DNA from: a virus
Taxonomy: Duplodnaviria; Caudoviricetes
Strand: one strand, 5' to 3'
DNA length: 64,000 bases
Virus record (IMG/VR): IMGVR_UViG_3300005614_001084
Location: 32,001-96,000 of that record
A program made the translations under genes and the position numbers. The notes beneath the pieces are model-generated. The model was not told the origin of the DNA. It saw only the letters and a list, made by a program, of their open reading frames with translations, and did not search any database. Below are positions 53,767 through 63,108 of this stretch, piece after piece. The first letter of the stretch is position 1. Each line of letters starts with the position of its first letter.

Positions 53767-54146
53767 CGCTTGTTTCCTCCGGGCATCGCTACGGCCGGCG
53801 GTGGAGGATTCCCCGTGACGGCCGTCCGCGCCTCGTCCTGGACCTTCTTGAGCAAGCTGCGGTTGAGCGCAACCTGCGAGAGCGCAGCGCTGCCCTGCTG
53901 TCCCGAGTACAGCAAGATCAAGCACTTGTTGGGAGAGTCGACGGGCAAGCCGTTGGCGTCAAGGCCCTGCTCGGCGTTGAACGCCACGCAGTCGGGTCCG
54001 CAGAGCCGGGTGCCGTCACCCCAGCACAGCGCGCCCTTGCCGGTGTCGAGCTGGGCCGGACGCTCGATGAAGGGACGCGGCTTCGCCTTGAGCCCGCGCT
54101 CCACCTCGTCGAGGTCCTCCAGCTCCTTGTCGCGATCTTTGGCCAT
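53763..54146 (-). CDS. Cys-containing hypothetical protein
   Basis: CW...CGPDCVAF...C. Confidence 0.6.
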   Translation of the reverse strand: MAKDRDKELEDLDEVERGLKAKPRPFIERPAQLDTGKGALCWGDGTRLCGPDCVAFNAEQGLDANGLPVDSPNKCLILLYSGQQGSAALSQVALNRSLLKKVQDEARTAVTGNPPPPAVAMPGGNKR

Positions 54147-54316
54147 CACGTGGGCTCGCCGTCGTTGAGCCACTTCTCGAACAGCTCGATGAGCTGCTGA
54201 TCGGTGGGATCCACCGCGACGTTGTCGCGGTAGTACTTGCTGCGCAGGAACTTGAGGAACCGCCCCACGAACTCCTGCGCCGTCGGGGGAAGCTTGAACT
54301 GGATGCCGGTGGTCAC
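54146..54316 (-). CDS. 56-aa hypothetical protein (not in ORF track)
   Basis: GTG start overlaps the upstream TGA and its TGA overlaps the downstream ATG; MTTGIQFKLPPTAQEF... Confidence 0.55.
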   Translation of the reverse strand: MTTGIQFKLPPTAQEFVGRFLKFLRSKYYRDNVAVDPTDQQLIELFEKWLNDGEPT

Positions 54317-54858
54317 TTGTGCTTGGCCTTTCTACGTTCCTTGCGATTTCTGATCTTGTCGGCGTGCTCCTTGTCCTCGGCGGCGAAGAGCGGATGGATG
54401 TCGGTGCCCATGACTCTGGCGAACCGGCGATTCTGGCGCTCTGCCTCCTCGAACGCCGCGGTGATCGCCTTCTCGCAGACGCGCTGCATCACGGCGTCAC
54501 GCGAGTGCTGGGCCTCACGATTCCACATCACGACGCGAACGCGCTCTTCCGTCGTCATGCTCTCCTTCTCTTCGAACTTCCGAGGCAGGAGACCGATGAA
54601 CTCCAACGCCTGCACGAGCGGGCCCGCGGCGCGCGTCGCCATGACCCTAAGCAGCACGATGCCGATGCGCTCGATCGACCAGATCTTCTCGGTCGTGGCG
54701 AAGCCTGTGGTCTCCGACACCTTGCCGGTCCAGCCGCAGTTCACGCACTCCGCGTTGTTGTTGGGGCTCTGCCCATCGGCGGTGATCAGCGACCCCACCG
54801 TGGTGGTGATGAGATCGATGCCACCACAGTCGGGACAGGCGTAGCGAACTTCGGACAT
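54313..54858 (-). CDS. Zn-ribbon hypothetical protein (start MSEVRY)
   Basis: CPDCG...CVNCGW. Confidence 0.6.
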   Translation of the reverse strand: MSEVRYACPDCGGIDLITTTVGSLITADGQSPNNNAECVNCGWTGKVSETTGFATTEKIWSIERIGIVLLRVMATRAAGPLVQALEFIGLLPRKFEEKESMTTEERVRVVMWNREAQHSRDAVMQRVCEKAITAAFEEAERQNRRFARVMGTDIHPLFAAEDKEHADKIRNRKERRKAKHK

Positions 54859-55322
54859 CAGCGTTCCTCCGGATCCATGAGCTTGCCGAGGCCGACGAGC
54901 GCCTCGATGTGATTGGGACCTACGCAAAAGATCGAGCTATGCTCGTTCAGACGCAGCGTGACGGCCAGGATGCCGCCGAGTGGACCGACGTCGACCACCG
55001 CATACGCGGGCTCGATGAGTGCCCGAGGCGAGTACGTCATGTTCATACGAAGCGATCGGATGTCGAAGCTCGCCTCCGCCTTCCAGAACGCACGCGGATT
55101 ACGGAGCCGCCAGTTGTAGCGGTAGTTGCCATATTCGAGTAGATCGATGATTCTAAGCGTGATGGCCGCGCCGAGCCGGTCACCATACGCCTGGTTCGTG
55201 AACCGGCGCGAAAGATCATCGTGCATGAACTCCTCGAACTCCCCGGAGTCCTCGGGAAGCTCAAGGGCCGGCCGATCCACCCCAACGAGGCGGACGGTCG
55301 GCGTCTTGAACGCCGCACTCAC
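54858..55322 (-). CDS. Hypothetical protein
   Basis: Overlap-coupled. Confidence 0.55.
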   Translation of the reverse strand: MSAAFKTPTVRLVGVDRPALELPEDSGEFEEFMHDDLSRRFTNQAYGDRLGAAITLRIIDLLEYGNYRYNWRLRNPRAFWKAEASFDIRSLRMNMTYSPRALIEPAYAVVDVGPLGGILAVTLRLNEHSSIFCVGPNHIEALVGLGKLMDPEER

Positions 55323-56020
55323 GGCTTGCTGTCCTCGGGCTTCGCCTGGCTGAGCTTCTTGGCGAAGTCCTCGGTGGCGCTGATCGCGTTGGGATCGTCG
55401 ATGCCGCGCGATCCGTAGAGCTTGTCGACCTCCGCCGTGTTGCCCATGCGCGAGTTGCCGACGTACGCGCTGCCCATGCGCGCCGCCTTCATGATGCCGC
55501 CGCGCGACTTCGACGCGCTGAAGCCCCGCACGCCGACGCTGCCGCCGGTCTGCTGCGCGTCGATGTCCATGCCGAAGAAGAGGAACTTCCAGTTGTACTT
55601 CGTCTCCTGCTCCTTCACCAGCTTGCGGATCTGCTCGCCGGTGACGTCCATCTGGGGCTGGTTCTCACCACCGTCGCTGAAGATCAGCACGATGACCTTC
55701 GACGGCCGCTTCTCCTCCGGCATCGCGGCAAGCTTGGCGCCCATGCTCGTGATGAGCCGGTGCAGCGAGTAGTTGAGCGCCGTCATGCCCCGCGGCGAGA
55801 CGTTCTCGACCATGATGTTGGGCGCGGTGAGCACGTCCTGATCTTCGTAGATCAGCTCGTAGAGGTTGTCAAAGCTGACCACGGTGACCGAGGCCCGACC
55901 GGGCACCTTCCGCTGATCTTCGAGGAACTTGTTGACGCCGCCGACTACCTCGCTCTCCGAGCCCCTCATCGAGCCCGAGCGGTCCAGCAGCATGCCGATG
56001 TACGTGAAGTCCTTGTCCAT
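55319..56020 (-). CDS. von Willebrand factor A (vWA) domain protein
   Basis: MIDAS motif LLDRSGSM, PRGMTAL, IFSDGGEN, WKFLFFG. Confidence 0.85.
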   Translation of the reverse strand: MDKDFTYIGMLLDRSGSMRGSESEVVGGVNKFLEDQRKVPGRASVTVVSFDNLYELIYEDQDVLTAPNIMVENVSPRGMTALNYSLHRLITSMGAKLAAMPEEKRPSKVIVLIFSDGGENQPQMDVTGEQIRKLVKEQETKYNWKFLFFGMDIDAQQTGGSVGVRGFSASKSRGGIMKAARMGSAYVGNSRMGNTAEVDKLYGSRGIDDPNAISATEDFAKKLSQAKPEDSKP

Positions 56021-56023
56021 GAT

Positions 56024-56290
56024 CTACCTGGCCTTTCTCTTCGTCTTCGTTGCGGTTCGTTGCTTCTTGCGCTTGAGCCCCTCGTCCATCCGCTTTGCGG
56101 TGTCCACGGGATAGGTGCCGCACATGATCTGCGCGACGATCGGGAATCGAAGGCGGACCTGCTCCGCCTGCTGCATGCTGCTGTACTTCGGTGTCTCTTC
56201 GAGCGTGGCACCGAGAGCCGGCAACATGGTGCCGTTGCCCCGGTAGTAACCCGGATGCTTCTCGCTGTCGTATCTGATCACGTACTCCAT
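56024..56290 (-). CDS. Hypothetical protein (start MEYVIR)
   Basis: TGATG overlap. Confidence 0.55.
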   Translation of the reverse strand: MEYVIRYDSEKHPGYYRGNGTMLPALGATLEETPKYSSMQQAEQVRLRFPIVAQIMCGTYPVDTAKRMDEGLKRKKQRTATKTKRKAR

Positions 56291-56910
56291 CAGCGCAGTC
56301 TCCGCCAGTCGTAACCCTTGTACTGGCCGAGCACGAAGCTCGGAGGTTGGTGCGATCCCTCGGCCGGAGGATCGATGCTGCCGATGGTCTTGACCTCGCC
56401 CACCATCGGCGGACGCAAGTGATACGACTGGTAGTGGTACTTCTTGCTGCTCTCCTGTCCCCAGACGTTGTAGGTCTCGAAGACCTCGATCAGCACCTCG
56501 TCCTCGTCCAACCGGCCCTTGATGCCGACATACAACGCGACGACGTAGCCGTTCCGCGGATGCGGCTTCTGCTCTTGCACGAGACCGGCGGCCCGCAGCG
56601 TGGTGATGATGTGCTTGATCAGCCTCTCGTCCTCGTCGTGGGTGTAGGAGAACTTGGTGCTGGCCGCGTTGAACTCGATGTAGATCCGCCGCGCCTCTTC
56701 CTTCTTCACAGCCTCTCGGGAACTGGGATACAGGAAGACGGACGAGCCCCACGAGAGGTGCGAGCGGCTGAGCACGATCAGCCCGGTGGTTGGGTCGGCT
56801 ACGATCACACCCGGCCAGACCTGCTCGATCACCGGCAAGATGTAGGACGGCGCGCTGTCCCGCAAGATGCCGTCCAGAACGATGCTGTTCCCCTTTTCGA
56901 GGACGTTCAC
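56290..56910 (-). CDS. Hypothetical protein
   Basis: GTGA overlap. Confidence 0.6.
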   Translation of the reverse strand: MNVLEKGNSIVLDGILRDSAPSYILPVIEQVWPGVIVADPTTGLIVLSRSHLSWGSSVFLYPSSREAVKKEEARRIYIEFNAASTKFSYTHDEDERLIKHIITTLRAAGLVQEQKPHPRNGYVVALYVGIKGRLDEDEVLIEVFETYNVWGQESSKKYHYQSYHLRPPMVGEVKTIGSIDPPAEGSHQPPSFVLGQYKGYDWRRLR

Positions 56911-57308
56911 TCGTCCACTCCCTGGTAGACGCCGCCTGGGTTGTCGAGCTGCGGAACGAAGGTGTACGGCAGATCGTTGCGACCTCCGGGATCGAGCACG
57001 AGCGGCCGGCCCTTGTTCCAGCCCACGATGGCCTGGAAGCGCGGGATCTCCTGGCCGCGATTCTCGACGCCCTTGGCGAGCGCCTCTTCGTCGCTGAGGC
57101 CAGTGCGCCAGTCGATCTCCTTGATGAAGTCCTCGACGGTGCGGAACCGCATCTTCGAGCCGCCCTCGGCGATGCCGTTCTCCAGCGCGACCGCTTCGTA
57201 GATCACGAGCTGATCGTCGTCATCGTGCGTGTCGCCGTTGCTGGCGCAGCCGTGCACGAAGTAGATGCCGCCCTTGTAGTGGACGAAGTAGCCCTTCTCG
57301 ACTCTCAT
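56907..57308 (-). CDS. DUF1653-like protein
   Basis: GYFVHYKGGIYFV...LVIYEA...RTVEDF. Confidence 0.7.
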   Translation of the reverse strand: MRVEKGYFVHYKGGIYFVHGCASNGDTHDDDDQLVIYEAVALENGIAEGGSKMRFRTVEDFIKEIDWRTGLSDEEALAKGVENRGQEIPRFQAIVGWNKGRPLVLDPGGRNDLPYTFVPQLDNPGGVYQGVDE

Positions 57309-57892
57309 GGTGCCTCGAAGATGTGACGGAGGAGATTGCGATCGCTGTCGGTTATGCGGGGCGGGAAGCCGCCCGAGGTCGGTGACTGCACCGCACGCAT
57401 GATGCTGGACTCGAACGGATCGTGGTCGAGCCCGAGGCAGTGCCCCAGCTCGTGTTGCAGCACCAGCAAGGTGATCTCATCGGTACCGGTGTTCGAGGTG
57501 GTGATGTCGCAGTGCCGGCTGCCCGCGGTGAAGACGGCATCGCCTCCGGGGTCACGCCAGCCGTGCTCCGACGGCGCGCCGACCACCACGGTGATGTGAC
57601 AGATGCCGGCACTGCCCGGGGCGGCGTAATCGAGCACGTTGAGCCCCAGCCGGGTGTTCGTGGTGTTGATGGCGCTCTCCACCAGCGTGTAGGCGTGCTC
57701 GGTGCCGTCGGGGGCGTAGGAGCGCGGGCAGACGAAGATGGGCGTGTCCGAGGCGCCGAAGCCTGGTGTCTCCGCCATGAGCCCGGGCTCCGTGTGCGTG
57801 GTGACGCCGTAGATCACCAGCCCGCCGCAGACCAACGTCAGCAGTCCGATGATGATCGCCATGAACTTCCAGCTCTTGATGAAATCCGCCAT
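57305..57892 (-). CDS. Membrane-anchored metzincin (matrixin-like) metalloprotease
   Basis: HELGHCLGLDH (HExxHxxGxxH) plus Met-turn SSIM; N-terminal TM; GAGGAGGAG RBS. Confidence 0.85.
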   Translation of the reverse strand: MADFIKSWKFMAIIIGLLTLVCGGLVIYGVTTHTEPGLMAETPGFGASDTPIFVCPRSYAPDGTEHAYTLVESAINTTNTRLGLNVLDYAAPGSAGICHITVVVGAPSEHGWRDPGGDAVFTAGSRHCDITTSNTGTDEITLLVLQHELGHCLGLDHDPFESSIMRAVQSPTSGGFPPRITDSDRNLLRHIFEAP

Positions 57893-57902
57893 GCTCTCCT
57901 CC

Positions 57903-58661
57903 TCAAATCGGGCAGTTACCGATTGCATCGAGCGCGATCTCGCGCTGCGCGTCCGCCCACTCTTCGCGGGTCTCGTTGTTGCTGTTGCGCTGCTCCGCCG
58001 GCTCGGCCTCGTGATCGGAGTCGAGCTTCCTGCCCTCTTCCCCCTCCACGTCGTGGTCGTACTCGCGGTCTGCGCTCTTCTCCTCGTTCTTCACGATCGG
58101 ATTCTCGCAGTGCGTACAGATGAGATTCTCGTCTTCGCCAGGCCCATCCCAGTCGTTGAAGTCGAGGCTGTCGAGATCGCTGGACCAGCTCTCCAGGTTC
58201 TCGCTCTTCTCCTTACAGTCCTCGGCCGTGGAGCTGCCCCCGGTGAACACTGCCTCGATGTTGTCGGCCGACTCCTGGTACTCCTGCGCCACCTCATCGA
58301 TCTCGTTCTTGAGATCTTCGATGATGCTCTCCAGGGCATCGGTCCCCTCTTCCGGGTCCCAATCGTCCGCCGCATCCTCGGCAGTCTCCTGCGCGGCGTA
58401 GATGCGGCTCAGCTTGTCCGACGACGTCATGTCCGACGGCCGGAACCTGCACTCGTTCCGCATGCAGCGGATGGTCTTGGGCCGCCGGTTGAACTTGATC
58501 CACCGGTAGCTGTCGCCGAGCACGCGGACGCGCTTGCGCTTCTTCTTGCCCGTGCGCTTGTCGACGACCGTCTGCATCTCGAAGCGAGACGGACGAATCT
58601 TGGCACCGCACTTCCGGCACTCCTGCTTCGTCTGGGCGTGCTTGACTTCCGTGATCTTCAT
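57903..58661 (-). CDS. Protein with basic Zn-binding N-terminus and highly acidic C-terminus
   Basis: CRKC...C...C followed by D/E-rich helices and CTHC. Confidence 0.6.
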   Translation of the reverse strand: MKITEVKHAQTKQECRKCGAKIRPSRFEMQTVVDKRTGKKKRKRVRVLGDSYRWIKFNRRPKTIRCMRNECRFRPSDMTSSDKLSRIYAAQETAEDAADDWDPEEGTDALESIIEDLKNEIDEVAQEYQESADNIEAVFTGGSSTAEDCKEKSENLESWSSDLDSLDFNDWDGPGEDENLICTHCENPIVKNEEKSADREYDHDVEGEEGRKLDSDHEAEPAEQRNSNNETREEWADAQREIALDAIGNCPI

Positions 58662-59131
58662 GCGCCCTCAGGAGATACATTATGGGGATTGTTGGCCTGC
58701 TCGATCTCTTGCGTGACCGGTTCTGTGATCTCCACTTCCGTAGGAGACACGTTCGCGGAAGTCGAACTGATGATGTACGGCCCTTTGGGGCTGTAGCCGT
58801 AGGGCTTCCAGCCTAGAGCAGTGAGGTACTCGAAGATCTTCGGATCCACCACTCCATCGTGCCCAGAGCAGTAGAACTCCATGTAGTTCATCGAGTCCCG
58901 CATGTACCGCTCGGTGCCCATGTAGATCTCACCTACGTAAGCACCGGCACCACGAAACGTGACACTGAACTCGATCTCACCCTTCCTCCATGTCACGTTC
59001 GAAAATGCGCACCACAGCCGAGCAGCATTCGCCCACGACTCACGGATCCACGGAATCAATCCTTGGATGTCCTCGGTCATCGCGTAGTGGCCGTCTGGGG
59101 TGTTGAAGAGGCTGGGACCAGGACGCGTCAT
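58658..59131 (-). CDS. Hypothetical protein (start MTRPGP)
   Basis: GGAGG RBS; YMEFYCSG motif. Confidence 0.55.
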   Translation of the reverse strand: MTRPGPSLFNTPDGHYAMTEDIQGLIPWIRESWANAARLWCAFSNVTWRKGEIEFSVTFRGAGAYVGEIYMGTERYMRDSMNYMEFYCSGHDGVVDPKIFEYLTALGWKPYGYSPKGPYIISSTSANVSPTEVEITEPVTQEIEQANNPHNVSPEGA

Positions 59132-59319
59132 GGCTTGACCTCCATGTTGAGGATGATGAACTCGGCCGCTGCCTGGGGCCACACAAAGCGTTCGATCATG
59201 CTCTTGTGTGGATTACTGGGATCGGTCCAGGCCACATCGAGCATGCGCGTCTTGCTGCCGTTGGGGTGGTGCACGTCGAAGTACGCGACTCGGTGCACCG
59301 CTGTGCTCTTGGTGGCCAT
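59128..59319 (-). CDS. Hypothetical protein (start MATKST)
   Basis: TAATG overlap. Confidence 0.5.
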   Translation of the reverse strand: MATKSTAVHRVAYFDVHHPNGSKTRMLDVAWTDPSNPHKSMIERFVWPQAAAEFIILNMEVKP

Positions 59320-59621
59320 TAGCCCTGATGCCGGCGGAACAGCGCTGCCGCCACCGGGTCCTTGACGTCGTTGGAAGTGAGATCGATGAAGCCCAGCGGA
59401 CCATCGACCGGGACGGCTGGCACACCCGCCGCGCAGTCCTTGCACGGGCTGAAGTGCTTCGGCGTCTTGGCAGTAAAGCCACGAAGGATCCTGACGTGGC
59501 CGCACTCCGCAGTCACAGTCCTGATCGTCTTCTTGTTCCAGGTGAAGGTGCGGCCGCGGACAGAGGACTTCTCCTCCTCGGTCTTCACGCACCGCACCAC
59601 CTTGCGCTTGAACTCGTCCAT
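59319..59621 (-). CDS. Zn-binding hypothetical protein
   Basis: ECGH...CKDC. Confidence 0.55.
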   Translation of the reverse strand: MDEFKRKVVRCVKTEEEKSSVRGRTFTWNKKTIRTVTAECGHVRILRGFTAKTPKHFSPCKDCAAGVPAVPVDGPLGFIDLTSNDVKDPVAAALFRRHQG

Positions 59622-59854
59622 CACGGCCTCTTCTTGATCTCTTCGATGAGCTTGTCCCACCAACCCGCCGGCCAGTCCCCGAGCTGTCGCTTGAGTGAGT
59701 CGGCGAGATCATCCGGCTTGATCATCAGCGCGGTACGGTCCGATCCGTCGACCGTGGTCTCTGTCTTCTGGCTACCGTGCCGCAAGAACGCGGCACCATC
59801 ATTCTCCTCGTGAATGATGAACTGGACCTTCTTGACCCATCGCTCGGTTCCCAC
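59621..59854 (-). CDS. Hypothetical protein
   Basis: Overlap-coupled. Confidence 0.5.
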   Translation of the reverse strand: MGTERWVKKVQFIIHEENDGAAFLRHGSQKTETTVDGSDRTALMIKPDDLADSLKRQLGDWPAGWWDKLIEEIKKRP

Positions 59855-59856
59855 AA

Positions 59857-60855
59857 TCAGCTCTTCTTCCTCCGCGCCTTGCGCGGCTTCTTCTGGATGC
59901 TCTTCATCGCCTTGGCGAGGCGCTTCTTATCCAGCTCCTCCTGCTTCTTGATCTTGGCGACGAGTTTGGCGTCGATGAGGTCGTCCAACCGCTCCACGAT
60001 CAGATCGCGCAGCACCGTGGGTGGCAGCGCGTCGACCTCCCACGAGCTGTGGCCGTGCTTCTTCACGAACGCGGCGTACCGGGAGTCCGTGGGCTTGGCG
60101 ACGTTCGGCGGCGGCTTGTACTGCTGGATCTGCTCCATGGTGAGGGCGAGCTTCTCCACCTCGACCGAGGTTCTCCGCAGCCTGATAGCGCGGGCATGGG
60201 AGGCTTCCGCTTCCCACTTCTTGGTCTTCTCGTTGAGCTTGAAGATCGTGCCGGAGTTCACGTACTCGTCCAGGCGCACCTGGATGTCGCGCACCATGTC
60301 CTCGCCGCTGGGATCGAAGTCCCCGAGGTAGAGGATGGTGACGTCGTCGCAGCCGATGGCGTTGACTTGAGATCGGACGCGCTCGCCAGCTTCCTTCATC
60401 GCCGAGGTCGACGAATACCCACGATTCACCATGAGAGGCACGTGGTACTCGTTCGCGATCGGTGCCAGCACTCCTGCGAGCGCGTCCTTCTCCACCCACA
60501 GCTCCACGTATCGATCCTGTCCGTGAAGCCGCGGCAGGCGGTAGCTCTCGACGGCCGAATCGATCAGGTTGGTGAGCCCACTGAACTCCGGCGGCATGAA
60601 CGGGATGCGGATGCGGTCTTCCACAGCCAGCCAGTCCAGGATGCCGCCCCGTCGCGCCTTCGAGACGATCTCGCCGAGGCGCTTGTACTCGTTCTTCGTG
60701 TTCTGTATCTCGTCGCGAGAGACAAGCTGGTAGAAGAGCTGGCGGAGCGTCATCGTGAGCCCAGCCGCCTGGTACTCCTTGATGATGTCGATGATCTTGT
60801 GCAGCAGGGCCACGGTCTTATCTTCGGGCCGGTACCGCTCGTAGAACTCAAGCAT
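59857..60855 (-). CDS. Topoisomerase VI subunit A/Spo11-like TOPRIM protein (DUF2399/JetD-related fold)
   Basis: TLRQLFYQL (winged-helix Tyr), VELWVEKDAL, RGYSS, YLGDFDPSG, WEVDAL. Confidence 0.8.
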   Translation of the reverse strand: MLEFYERYRPEDKTVALLHKIIDIIKEYQAAGLTMTLRQLFYQLVSRDEIQNTKNEYKRLGEIVSKARRGGILDWLAVEDRIRIPFMPPEFSGLTNLIDSAVESYRLPRLHGQDRYVELWVEKDALAGVLAPIANEYHVPLMVNRGYSSTSAMKEAGERVRSQVNAIGCDDVTILYLGDFDPSGEDMVRDIQVRLDEYVNSGTIFKLNEKTKKWEAEASHARAIRLRRTSVEVEKLALTMEQIQQYKPPPNVAKPTDSRYAAFVKKHGHSSWEVDALPPTVLRDLIVERLDDLIDAKLVAKIKKQEELDKKRLAKAMKSIQKKPRKARRKKS

Positions 60856-61165
60856 CGAACACCTCCACGACCTGCCAACCATCGCCGCGCTTAGATCGCA
60901 CCTTCAGGACGTCTCGACGCGCCCGAGCTTCCTCGCGAATGCGCGCGGTGCCCACCACCAGATCCAACTCGGCAGTGCGAAACGCGAGAAGCGTCCACCA
61001 GCCGCCGTGCTTGCTGAACTTGATCTCCATCCCGGGAACGAGATGAAGATGCTTGCGCTCCACGCCGAGCTTCACGATGCGGCGCGCGCAGTTGCAGTCG
61101 TGCCCGTTGTCCACCGGCTTGCTGTGGCTGGCACCGAAACACCACCATCGTACGTCACGGTCCAT
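60848..61165 (-). CDS. Hypothetical protein
   Basis: AGGAG RBS. Confidence 0.55.
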   Translation of the reverse strand: MDRDVRWWCFGASHSKPVDNGHDCNCARRIVKLGVERKHLHLVPGMEIKFSKHGGWWTLLAFRTAELDLVVGTARIREEARARRDVLKVRSKRGDGWQVVEVFDA

Positions 61166-61174
61166 CGCTGTCTC

Positions 61175-61453
61175 CTAGATCTTGATGTCACCGAGTAGAA
61201 GAGCGGTGGCGAGACCTCTCGCGTGACCGGCTCTGCGCGCGTAGTGCGCCATGCCCTCCACGCTCGCCTTGTAGCCGTTGGGATCTCCGGGAGGTGTGAG
61301 GTCCTTGGCCCAGGAGTCGGCCTGATGTTCATCGACCCGAAGACCGCGAGCGATCATGGCGTAATCACCGGGCCGATCCCAGTGCTCCGCCCACTTCAGG
61401 TTTCTGGACAGCAAGTCGTCAATCAGGATCTTGTCAGTACCGTCGCGATCCAT
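61175..61453 (-). CDS. Hypothetical protein (start MDRDGT)
   Basis: GAGG RBS. Confidence 0.5.
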   Translation of the reverse strand: MDRDGTDKILIDDLLSRNLKWAEHWDRPGDYAMIARGLRVDEHQADSWAKDLTPPGDPNGYKASVEGMAHYARRAGHARGLATALLLGDIKI

Positions 61454-61595
61454 CGAACCTCTCCATCTGCTTCTTCGCCAGGTACACGGCGGCGAGCGCT
61501 CTCCATGGCCCACCGCTCCATCGCCTCGACACGAGGTGCAGTGCTCGGGCGAGGCGGCGTTGCAGCCGCCTGCGCTTCCTACTCCTCAGGCTCAC
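61434..61595 (-). CDS. Small basic hypothetical protein
   Basis: GTGA overlap at 61592-95. Confidence 0.35.
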   Translation of the reverse strand: MSLRSRKRRRLQRRLARALHLVSRRWSGGPWRALAAVYLAKKQMERFDGSRRY

Positions 61596-61807
61596 GACGC
61601 GCGCCGGATCGCGGCCCTGGCCTCGTCTTCGCTCTGCGTGATGTTCTCGATCTCGGCATAGGCCTCCGCCTTGGTCATCAGTGGGGAGTCGAGATCGATG
61701 GTGGTGTTGTCCTTGCGGTAGACGGTGAGGCGCACCACGCAGTTGCGGGGCGGCGGCTTCGCCACCTCCACAACCACGGGCGGCTTGGTTCGGCACGCGT
61801 TGCTCAT
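61592..61807 (-). CDS. Hypothetical protein (start MSNACR)
   Basis: ATGA overlap. Confidence 0.5.
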   Translation of the reverse strand: MSNACRTKPPVVVEVAKPPPRNCVVRLTVYRKDNTTIDLDSPLMTKAEAYAEIENITQSEDEARAAIRRAS

Positions 61808-62025
61808 GGCTGCTCCGGGAAGTACTCGTTGTGAAAGATCGTGACCCCAATGGTCCCGCTCTTGGTGTAAGGGCTGGTGATTGTCGCATCCCATGCCGGA
61901 AGACCAGCCGGGTTCTCCTTGGCCACGCAGTCGACGAGCACGTGCGCGGGCACCTGCACAGGCCTCAGAGCCACGACCAGGCGGCCCCAGATCCTCGATC
62001 CGACCCTCAGCTCTGCGCCCATCAT
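61804..62025 (-). CDS. Hypothetical protein
   Basis: ATGA overlap, GAGG RBS. Confidence 0.5.
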   Translation of the reverse strand: MMGAELRVGSRIWGRLVVALRPVQVPAHVLVDCVAKENPAGLPAWDATITSPYTKSGTIGVTIFHNEYFPEQP

Positions 62026-62567
62026 GTGTGCCTCTTCTTGATGTGCACGGGCCACTGATCGTTGGGGAACACGCCGGAGAGCGGTTCGCAACTACCAACG
62101 CGGAAGCACTTCTTCACGCAGTCGTGGTGGCAGGTGCCTTCGTCCGGACACAACGGACGGCTGCCCTTGCACGTCGGGAAGTTGTTGCAGCCCAGGAACT
62201 GATGCTTGTTGAGGTTGATCTTCTTCTGCATCAGCCCATTGCACTGAGGGCAGCGAACCGCATCTGCGGGGATCGTGGCAGCATCGACGGGACTGGACTC
62301 CAACAGATCTCTGCCGAGCTTGGAGACGTCGACCTCGACCTCGGTGACCCTGATCTGTATGATGAGGCCGTTGACCTTGACCGCCATCCAGCCGCGCTCC
62401 ACCCATTCCGCCGTGACGACCTTGTTGGGCCAGCGCACCGCAATGCCCCGGCGCTCGTCGAGCGAGTACACCACGCCCTGATCGTCGTGGAACGACGTGG
62501 CGTGTGACCGCTCGTCACCCGTTCCGACGGGCATCAGCCTACTGAAGCGATCCATGCTATCGGCCAC
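62022..62567 (-). CDS. Protein with topoisomerase I-type C4 zinc ribbon
   Basis: CPQCNGLMQKK...FLGCNNFPTCKG plus a second Cys/His cluster. Confidence 0.7.
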   Translation of the reverse strand: MADSMDRFSRLMPVGTGDERSHATSFHDDQGVVYSLDERRGIAVRWPNKVVTAEWVERGWMAVKVNGLIIQIRVTEVEVDVSKLGRDLLESSPVDAATIPADAVRCPQCNGLMQKKINLNKHQFLGCNNFPTCKGSRPLCPDEGTCHHDCVKKCFRVGSCEPLSGVFPNDQWPVHIKKRHT

Positions 62568-63108
62568 GGTTCATCTTCTCCCACGCCTCACTCGGCAGCG
62601 CTTCGTTGTTCCCGATGTACTGCCGCGGCGTGCTGAGCTTCTGGTAGAGCGGGTGCACCGGCATGCCTGACGCCGTGAGGTTGAGGTAGAAGATGCGATC
62701 GGCGGTCTGCACCGCGTCGAGCACCTTCATCACCTGCGCGGCGCGTGCGGGCTCGGCGTGTGCGCCCCAAGCCAGGCACACCTCACCGCTCCAGCGCCCC
62801 ATATCCTTGATGTAGTTGTCGTTGCTCGGACCGATCTGGAACCCGCTCTTCTTCAGGTCCTTAGGATCGGTGGCGCGGAACGCGTAGAGGTTCACGACGC
62901 GCATGAGGCCGAAGCCCCAGTGCTTCGAGAAGCTCATGCACTTGCGGATCGTAGCGTCGTCGTACTTCGCGTCCGCGGTGCTCGGGTTGAGCATGATCCA
63001 CAGCAGACGCTGCGCCATCATCGGGTTGATGCGCTCGTCGGCGTGGCGGCTGAGGACGTAGCGGAACTCCTCGTCCCGCCCGCCCATGATGGCATCACGA
63101 TCTTTCAC
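62557..63108 (-). CDS. DUF1643 family protein
   Basis: FRYVLSR...WIMLNPSTAD..DDATIRKC...VVNLYAFRATDP...AWG...G.PVHPLY. Confidence 0.9.
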   Translation of the reverse strand: MKDRDAIMGGRDEEFRYVLSRHADERINPMMAQRLLWIMLNPSTADAKYDDATIRKCMSFSKHWGFGLMRVVNLYAFRATDPKDLKKSGFQIGPSNDNYIKDMGRWSGEVCLAWGAHAEPARAAQVMKVLDAVQTADRIFYLNLTASGMPVHPLYQKLSTPRQYIGNNEALPSEAWEKMNRGR

